A stretch of 64,000 nt of DNA from Pristiophorus japonicus. Taxonomy: Eukaryota. Numbering within the stretch: the first letter of the stretch is position 1; every line of letters starts with the position of its first letter. A program made the position numbers and the translations under genes. Location of the stretch: the NCBI RefSeq assembly GCF_044704955.1, contig NC_091998.1, positions 35,650,001 through 35,714,000 of the forward strand. Direction: 5' to 3'. Below, piece after piece: positions 54,201 through 64,000 of the stretch. Under the pieces are notes generated by a model. It saw only the letters and a program-made list of their open reading frames with translations, was not told the DNA's origin and made no database searches.

Positions 54201-56399
54201 CAGTTGCAGGTTCATTGTCAGTTACAGGATCACTTTCAGTTACAGGATCATTGTCCATCACAGGATCACTGTCAGTTACAGGATCATTGTCCATCACAGG
54301 ATCACTGTCAGTTACAGGATCATTGTCAATTACAGGATCAATGTCAGTTGCAGGATCATTGTACATTAAAGGATCACTGTCAGTTGCAGGATCAGTGTCC
54401 ATTACAGGATCACTATCCATTGCAAGATCATTGTCAATTACAGAATCATTGTCAGTTACAGGATCATTGTCCGATACAGAATCTCTGTCCGTTACATGAT
54501 CATTGTCTGTTACAGGATCATTGTCCGTTGCAGGATCATTGTCAGTTACAGGATCATTGTCCGTTCCAGGATCATTGTCAGTTACAGGATCATTGTCAGT
54601 TACAGGATCACTGTCCGTGACAGGATCATTGTCCATTATAGGATCACTGTCCGTTACAGGATCACTGTCCGTTACAGGATCACTGTCCATTACACGATAA
54701 ATTTCCCTGACAGGATCATTGTCAGTTACAGGATCACTGTCCGATACAGGATGATTGTCCGTTACAGGATCATTGTCAGTTACGGGATCACTACCAGTTA
54801 CAGAATCATTGTCAGTTACAGGATCGTTGTCAGTTAGAGAATCATTTTCAGTTACTGAATCACTGTCCATTACATGATCATTGTCCATTACAGGATCATT
54901 GTCCATTACGAGATCATTGTCCATTACAGGATCATTGTCAGTTGCAGGATCATTGTCAGTTACAGAATCACTTTCTGTTACAGGGTCATTGTCTGTTACA
55001 GGATGACTGTCAGTTACAGGATCATTGTCCATTACAGGATCATTGTCAGTTGCAGGATCATTGTCAGTTTCAGGATCATTGTCCATTACAGGATCATTGT
55101 CAGTTTCAGGATCACTGCCAGTTACAGGATCATTGTCCGTTACAGGATCATTGTCAGTTGCAGGATCATTTTCAGTTACAGGATCACTGTCTGTTACAGG
55201 ATCATTGTCCATTACAGGATCATTGTCCGTGACAGGTTCATTGTCCATTACAGGATCATTGTCCGTTACAAGATCATTGTCCGTTGCAGGATCATTGTCA
55301 GATACAGGATCATTGTCAATTCCAGGATCATTTTCAGTTGCAGGATCATTGTCAGTTACAGGATCACTGTCTGTGACAGGATCATTGTCCGTTATAGGAT
55401 CACTGTCCGTTACAGGATCACTGTCCATTACAGGATGAATTACCATGACACGATCATTGTCAGTTACAGGATCATTGTCAGTTACAGGATCATTGTCATT
55501 ACAAGATCACTGTCCATTACAGGATCATTTTCTGTTTCAGTATGATTGTCAGTTACAGGATCATTGTCCATTACAGGATTATTGTCAGTTGCAGGATCAT
55601 TGTCAGTTACAGGATCACTGTCAGTTGTAGGATCATTGTCAGTTATCGGATCACTGTCAGTAACAAGATCACTGTCAGTTACAGGATCATTGTCAGTTGC
55701 AGGATCATTGTCAGTTGCAGGATCACTGTCCGTGTTAGGATCATTGTCCGTTACAGGATCACTGTCCATTACAGGATCATTGTCAATTGCAGGAACATTG
55801 TCAGTTGCAGGATCATTGTCTGTTGCAGGATCACTGTCAGTTACAGGATCATTGTCAGTTACAGGATCACTGTCCGTTACAGGATCACTGTCAGTTGCAG
55901 GATCAGTGTCCCTTACAGTATCACTATCCATTACAGGATCATTGTCATTTACAGGATCATTGTCAGTTACAGGATCACTGTCTGTTACAGGATCATTGTC
56001 AGTTACAGGATCACTGTCCGTTGCAGGATCATTGTCCGTTACAGGATCATTGTCAGTTATGGGATCACTGCCAGTTACAGGATCATTGTCCGTTACAGGA
56101 TCGTTGTCAGTTAGAGGATCATTTTCAGTTGCTGGACCACTGTCCATTACAAGTTCATTGTCCTTTACAGGATCATTGTCCGTTACAAGATCATTGTCCA
56201 TTACAGGATCACTGTCAGTTACAGGATCATTGTCCGTTACAGGATCACTGTCCATTACAGGATCACTGTCCATTACAGGATCATTGTCAGTTACAGGATC
56301 ACTGTCCATTACAGGATCATTGTCAGTTGAAGGATCTTTGTCTGTTACAGGATAATTGTCAGTGACAGGATCATTGTCCGTTATGGGATCATTGTCAGT

Positions 56400-59300
56400 T
56401 ACAGGATCATTGTCCGATACAGGATCATTTTCAGTTACAGGATCACTGTCCATTGCAGGATCACTGTCCGTTACAGGATCACTGTCCGTGACAGGATCAC
56501 GGTCAGTTACAGGATCATTGTCAGTTACAGGATAATTGTCCGTAACAGAATCTCTGTCCGTTACATGATCATTGTCAGTTACAGGATCACTGTCCATTGC
56601 AGGATCATTGTCCATTACAGGATCATTGTCAGTGAGAGGATCACTGTCGGTTACAGCATCACTGTCCATTACAGGATCATTGTCAGTTACAGGATGATTG
56701 TCCGTTACAGGATCACTCTCAGTTGCAGGATCAGTGTCCCTTACAGGATCACTATCCATTGCAGGATCATTGTCATTTACAGGATCATTGTCAGTTACAG
56801 GATCACTGTCTGTTACAGGATCATTGTCAGTTACAGGATCACTGTCCGTTGCAGGATCATTATCCGTTACAGGAGCATTGTCAGTTATGGGATCACTGCC
56901 AGTTACAGGATCATTGTCCGTTACAGGATCGTTGTCAGTTAGAGGATCATTTTCAGTTGCTGGACCACTGTCAGTTACAGGATCATTGTCCGATACAGGA
57001 TCATTGTCCATTATAGGATCATTGTCCGTTACAGGATAATTGTCAGTTACAGGATCACTGTCCATTATAGGATCATTGTCAGTTACAGGATCACGGTCAG
57101 TTACCGGATCATTGTCCGATATAGGATCATTTTCAGATACAGGATCATTGTCCATCACAGGATCACTGTCAGTTACAGGATCACTGTCCATTTACGGATC
57201 ACTCTCTGTTACAGGATCATTTTCCGTAACAGGATCATTGTCCGTTAAAGGATCATTGTCAGTTACAGGATCATTGACCGTTACAGGATCATTGTCCATA
57301 AAAGGATCACTGTCCGTTACAGGATCACTGTCTGTTACAGGATGAATTTCCATTACAGGATCATTGTCAGTTACAGGATCACTGACTGTTAAAGGATCAT
57401 TGTCCGTTACAGGATCACTGTCTGTTACAGGATCATTGTTCGTTACAGGATCATTGTCAGTTACAGTATCACTGCCAGTTACAGGATCATCGTCCGTTAC
57501 AGGATCATTGTCAGTTGCAGGATCATTGTCAGTTACAGGATCACTGTCCGCTACAGGATCATTGTCAGTTGCAGGATCATTGTCAGTTACAGGATCACTG
57601 TCTGTTACAGGATCATTTTCCGTTACAGGATCATTGTCCGTTACATGATCATTGTCAGTTACAGGATCACTGTCCGTTGCAGGATCATTGTCCATTGCAG
57701 GATCATTGTCAGTGAGAGGATCACTGTCGGTTACAGCATTACTGTCCATTACAGGATCATTGTCAGTTACAAGATGATTGTCCGTTATAGGATCATTGTC
57801 CGTTACAGGATAATTGTCAGTTACAGGATCACTGTCCATTATAGGATCATTGTCAGTTCCAGATCACGGTCAGTTACCGGATCATTGTCCGATACAGGAT
57901 CATTTTCAGTTACAGGATCATTTTCCATCACATGATCACTATCAGTTACAGGATCACTGTCCATTTCACGATCACTGTCTGTTACAGGATCATTGTCTGT
58001 AACAGGATCATTGTCCGTTAAAGGATCATTGTCAGTTACAGGATCATTGTCCATTACAGGATCATTGTCCATAAAAGGATCACTGTCCGTTACAGGATCA
58101 CTGTCTGTTACAGGATGAATTTCCGTTGCAGGATCATTGTCAGTTGCAGGATCACTGTCCGTTAAAGGATCATTGTCTGTTGCAGGATCATTGTCAGTTA
58201 CAGGATCACTGTCCGTTACAGGATCATTGTCAGTTGCAGGATCATTGTCAGTTACAGGATCATTGTCAGTTACAGGATCACTGTCCGTGACAGGATCATT
58301 GTCCATAAAAGGATCACTGTCCGTTACAGGATCATTGTCCGTGACAGCATCATTGCCCGTTACAGGATCACTCTCGGTTACAGGATCACTGTCAGTTACA
58401 GGATCATTGTCAGTTACAGGATCACTGTCGGTTACAGCATCACTGTCCATTACAGGATCATTGTCAATTACAGGATGATTGTCCGTTACAGGATCACTCT
58501 CAGTTGCAGGATCAGTGTCCCTTACAGGATCACTATCCATTGCAGGATCATTGTCATTTACAGGATCATTGTCAGTTACAGGATCACTGTCTGTTACAGG
58601 ATCATTGTCAGTTATAGGATCACTGTCCGTTGCAGGATCATTATCCATTACAGGAGCATTGTCAGTTATGGGATCACTGCCAGTTACAGGATCATTGTCC
58701 GTTACAGGATCGTTGTCAGTTAGAGGATCATTTTCAGTTGCTGGACCACTGTCAGTTACAGGATCATTGTCCGATACAGGATCATTGTCCATTGTAGGAT
58801 CATTGTCAGTTACAGGATCACTGTCAGTTACAGGATCATTGTCCGATACAGGATAATTTTCAGTTACAGGATCATTGTCCGTCACAGGATCACTGTCAGT
58901 TACAGGATCACTGTCCATTGCAGGATCACTGTCCGTTACAGGATCACTGTCCGTTACAGGATCATGGTCAGTTACAGGATCATTGTCAGTTGCACGATCA
59001 TTGTCCGTTACAGAATCTCTGTCCGTTACATGATCATTGTCAGTTACAGGATCATTGTCAGTGAGAGGATCACTGTCGGTTACAGCATCACTGTCCATTA
59101 CAGGATCGTTGTCAGTTACAGGATGATTGTCCGTTATAGGATCATTGTCCGTTACAGGATAATTGTCAGTTACAGGATCACTGTCCATTATAGGATCATT
59201 GTCAGTTACAGGATCACGGTCAGTTACCGGATCATTGTCCGATATAGGATCATTTTCAGATACAGGATCATTGTCCATCACAGGATCACTGTCAGTTACA

Positions 59301-61800
59301 GGATCACTGTCCATTTACGGATCACTCTCTGTTAAAGGATCATTTTCCGTAACAGGATCATTGTCCGTTAAAGGATCATTGTCAGTTATAGGATCATTGA
59401 CCGTTACAGGATCATTGTCCATAAAAGGATCACTGTCCGTTACAGGATCACTGTCTGTTACAGGATGAATTTCCATTACAGGATCATTGTCAGTTACAGG
59501 ATCACTGTCTGTTACAGGATCATTGTTCGTTACAGGATCATTGTCAGTTACAGTATCACTGCCAGTTACAGGATCATCGTCCGTTACAGGATCATTGTCA
59601 GTTGCAGGATCATTGTCAGTTACAGGATCACTGTCCGCTACAGGATCATTGTCAGTTGCAGGATCATTGTCAGTTACAGGATCACTGTCTGTTACAGGAT
59701 CATTTTCCGTTACAGGATCATTGTCCGTTACATGATCATTGTCAGTTACAGGATCACTGTCCGTTGCAGGATCATTGTCCATTGCAGGATCATTGTCAGT
59801 GAGAGGATCACTGTCGGTTACAGCATTACTGTCCATTACAGGATCATTGTCAGTTACAAGATGATTGTCCGTTATAGGATCATTGTCCGTTACAGGATAA
59901 TTGTCAGTTACAGGATCACTGTCCATTATAGGATCATTGTCAGTTCCAGATCACGGTCAGTTACCGGATCATTGTCCGATACAGGATCATTTTCAGTTAC
60001 AGGATCATTTTCCATCACATGATCACTATCAGTTACAGGATCACTGTCCATTTCACGATCACTGTCTGTTACAGGATCATTGTCTGTAACAGGATCATTG
60101 TCCGTTAAAGGATCATTGTCAGTTACAGGATCATTGTCCATTACAGGATCATTGTCCATAAAAGGATCACTGTCCGTTACAGGATCACTGTCTGTTACAG
60201 GATGAATTTCCGTTGCAGGATCATTGTCAGTTGCAGGATCACTGTCCGTTAAAGGATCATTGTCTGTTGCAGGATCATTGTCAGTTACAGGATCACTGTC
60301 CGTTACAGGATCATTGTCAGTTGCAGGATCATTGTCAGTTACAGGATCATTGTCAGTTACAGGATCACTGTCCGTGACAGGATCATTGTCCATAAAAGGA
60401 TCACTGTCCGTTGCAGGATCACTGTCCATTACAGGATGAATTTCCCTGACAGGATCATTGTCAGTTACAGGATCACTATCCATTACAGTATCATTGCCAG
60501 TTGCAGGATCATTTTCAGTTACAGGATCAATGTCATTTACAGGATCACTGTCCGTTACAGGATCATTGTCCGTTACAGGATTATTGTCAGTTACAGGATC
60601 ATTGTCCGCTCCAGGGTCACTGTCAGTTGCAGGATAACTTTCAGTTACAGGATCACTCTCTGTTACAGGTTGATTGTCAGTTACAGGATCATTGTCCTTT
60701 ACAGGATCACTGTCAGTTACAGGATCACTGTCAGTTACAGGATCAATGTCTGTCACAGGATCATTGTCGGTTGCAGGATCACTGTCCATTACAGGATCAT
60801 TGTCAGTTACAGGATCATTGTCCGTTACAGGATCATTGTCGGTTACAGGATCATTGTCCGTTACAGGATAATTGTCAGTTACAGGATCATTGTCCATTAT
60901 AGGATCATTGTCAGTTACAGGATCACTGTCAGTTACAGGATCATTGTCCGATACAGGATAATTTTCAGTTACAGGATCATTGTCCGTCACAGGATCACTG
61001 TCAGTTACAGGATCACTGTCCATTGCAAGATCACTGTCCGTTACAGGATCACTGTCCGTTACAGGATCATGGTCAGTTACAGGATTATTGTCAGTTGCAC
61101 GATCATTGTCCGTTACAGAATCTCTGTCCATTACATGATCATTGTCAGTTACAGGATCATTGTCAGTGAGAGGATCACTGTCGGTTACAGCATCACTGTC
61201 CATTACAGGATCGTTGTCAGTTACAGGATGATTGTCCATTATAGGATCATTGTCCGCTACAGGATAATTGTCAGTTACAGGATCACTGTCCATCACAGGA
61301 TCACTGTCAGTTACAGGATCACTGTCCATTTACGGATCACTCTCTGTTACAGGATCATTTTCCGTAACAGGATCATTGTCCGTTAAAGGATCATTGTCAG
61401 TTACAGGATCATTGACCGTTACAGGATCATTGTCCATAAAAGGATCACTGTCCGTTACAGGATCACTGTCTGTTACAGGATGAATTTCCGTTACAGGATC
61501 ATTGTCAGTTACAGGATCACTGACTGTTAAAGGATCATTGTCCGTTACAGGATCACTGTCTGTTACAGGATCATTGTTCGTTACAGGATCATTGTCAGTT
61601 ACAGTATCACTGCCAGTTACAGGATCATCGTCCGTAACAGGATCATTGTCAGTTGCAGGATCATTGTCAGTTACAGGATCATTGTCAGTTGCAGGATCAT
61701 TGTCAGTTACAGGATCACTGTCTGTTACAGGATCATTGTCCGTTACAGGATCATTGTCAGTTGCAGGATCATTGTCAGTTACAGGATCACTGTCCGTGAC
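56400..61800. repeat. ~2.0-2.1-kb higher-order repeat
   Basis: Marker CCATTTACGGATCACTCT near 57189, 59312 and 61327. Marker GTTCCAGATCACGG near 57856 and 59943 (also ~52024). Confidence 0.85.
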
Positions 61801-64000
61801 AGGATCATTGTCCATAAAAGGATCACTGTCTGTTACAGGATCACTGTCCATTACAGGATGAATTTCCCTGACAGGATCATTGTCAGTTACAGGATCACTA
61901 TCCATTACAGGATCATTGTCAGTTACAGGATCATTGTCATTTACAGGATCACTGTCCATTACAGGATCACTGTCAGTTACAGGATCATTGTCCATTGCAG
62001 GATCACTGTCCAATACAGGATCATTGTCAGTTACAGGATTATTGTCAGTTACAGGATCACTATCTGTTACAGGATCATTGTCAGTTACAGATCACATTAT
62101 GTTACAGGATCGTTGTCAGTTGCAGGATCATTGTCAGTTACAGAATCACTTTCCGTTACAGGATCATTGTCTGTTACAGAATGATTGTCAGTTGCAGGAT
62201 CATTGTCTGTTACAGGATGATTGTCAGTTGCAGGATCATTGTCATTTACAGGATCACTGTCAGTTATAGGATCATTGTCAGTTACAGGATCATTGTCAAT
62301 TACAGGATCATTGTCAGTTACAGGATCATTGTCCATTACAGAATCCTTGTCAGTTGCAGGATCATTGTCAGTTACAAGATCACTGTTTGTTCCATGATCA
62401 TTGTCCGTTATAGGATCATTGTCAGTTAGAGGATCACTGTCCATGACAGGATCATTGTCCATTATAGGATCACTGTCCGTTGCAGGATCACTGACCATTA
62501 CAGGATGAATTTCCCTGACAGGATCATTGTCAGTTACAGGATCACTGTCCGATACAGGATCATTGTCCGTTACAGGATCATTGTCCATTACAGGATCACT
62601 GTCCGTTACAGGATCACTGTCCGTTACAGGATCATTGTCTGTGACAGCATCATTGTCCGTTACAGGATCACTCTCGGTTACAGGATCACTGTCAGTTACA
62701 GGATCATTGTCCGTTACAGGATCATTGTCCGTCACAGGATCATTGTCAGTTACAGAATCATTGTCAGTCACAGGATCACTGTCAGTTACAGGATCACTGT
62801 CCGTTACAGGATCATTGTCTGTTAAAAGAGTCATGTTCAGTTACAAGATATTTGTCCGTTACAGGATCATTGTCAGTTACAGGATCATTGTCAGTTACAC
62901 GATCACTGTCCGTTACAGGATCCTTGTGAGTTACAGGATCATTGACAGTTACAGGATCATTGTCAGTTACAGGATCACTGTCAGTTACAGGATCACTGTC
63001 AGTTACAGGATCATTTTCAGTTACAGGATCATTGCCAGTTGAAGGATTACTGTCCGTTACAGGATCATTGTCAGTTACAGGATCATTGTCCTTTTCAGGA
63101 TCATTGTCCTTTGCTGGATCATTGTCAGTTACAAGATTATTGTCAGTTACAGGTACACTGTCCTTTACAGGATCCTTGTGAGTTACAGGATCATTGACAG
63201 TTACAGGATCATTGTCTTTTACAGGATCATTGTCAGTTACAGGATAACTGTCAGTTGCAGGATCACTGTCAGTTACAGGATCACTGTCGGTTACAGGATC
63301 ATTGTCATTTACAGGATCACTGTCCGTTACGGGATCATTGTCAGTTGCAGGATCATTGAAAGTTACCCAATCATTCTCAGTCACAGGATCATTGTCCATT
63401 AAAGGATCATTGTCAGTTACAGGATCATTGTCAGTTGCAGGATCATTGGTAAATTACATGTTCATTGTCAGTTACATGATCATTGTCCTTTACAGGATCA
63501 CTGTCCATTGCAGGATCAATGTCAGTTACAGGATCACTGTCAGTGACAGGATCATTGTCTGTTACAGGATCACTGTCCGTTACAGGATCATTGTCCATTA
63601 CAGGATCACTGTCTGTTACAGGATCACTGTCTGTTACAGGATAAATTTCCGTTACAGGATCAATGTCAGTTACAGGATCACTGTCCGTTAAAGGATCATT
63701 GTCTGTTGCAGGATCACTGTCAGTTACAGGATCATTGTCCATTACAGGATCATTTTCAGTTACAGGTTCACTGTCGGTTACAGGATCATTGTCCGTTACA
63801 GGATCATTGTCCATTATAGGATCACTGTCCGTTACAGGATCACTGTCCATTACCGGATGAATTTCCCTGACAGGATCATTGTCAGTTACAGGATCACTGT
63901 CCGATACAGGATCATTGTCCGTTACAGGATCACTGCCAGTTACAGGATCATTGTCCGTTACAAGATCACTGTCCATTACAGGATCATTGTCAGTTACAGG

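Larger units (their letters stand above)
10023..64000. repeat. Satellite DNA array, 18-bp monomer ACAGGATCAYTGTCMRTT, ~54 kb / ~3,000 monomers, open at the right edge
   Basis: Directly visible tandem repeat (for example GTTACAGGATCATTGTCA). One orientation throughout: the minus-strand ORFs always read TDNDPV. Occasional 16-, 17- and 19-bp monomers. Confidence 0.99.

Noticed and set aside
10021-64000. Long minus-strand (TDNDPV)n ORFs, up to 1,079 aa, as an acidic DSPP- or mucin-like protein
   Set aside because: None of the consensus codons (ACT GAC AAT GAT CCT GTA) is one substitution from a stop, so open frames are expected. The frame is repeatedly broken by 16/17/19-bp monomers and has no unique domain or signal peptide.
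10023-64000. CRISPR array
   Set aside because: Monomers are head-to-tail with no unique spacers, no cas genes are present and the context is eukaryotic.
10023-64000. V(D)J recombination signal heptamers (CACTGTC / GACAGTG vs CACAGTG)
   Set aside because: The best match lacks the essential first C, and there is no nonamer at 12/23 bp and no V/D/J segment.

Overview
Eukaryotic, non-genic DNA. It is most likely from a vertebrate; the repeats resemble cartilaginous-fish (shark) repeats as I recall them, which is an inference I have not checked by search. Bases 1-10.0 kb are a nested stack of retroelements: several CR1-type LINE fragments (one with an uninterrupted ~600-codon RT frame), an L2-like 3' remnant, a MITE-like insert, and an APE-endonuclease LINE split into four pieces that appears to start with a tRNA-like Pol III head. 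Bases ~10,023-64,000 are one uninterrupted, single-orientation satellite of an 18-bp monomer (consensus ACAGGATCAYTGTCMRTT, about 3,000 copies, open at the right edge). The satellite has layered higher-order repeats (288, 1,314, ~1,400, 1,601, ~2,100, 3,074, 4,011, 4,177 and 6,220 bp offsets). The hundreds of ORFs in the satellite (TGSLSV / YRIIVS / LQDHCQ / TDNDPV repeats) are translation artefacts of an 18-mer. No host protein-coding gene, CRISPR array or rRNA can be supported.
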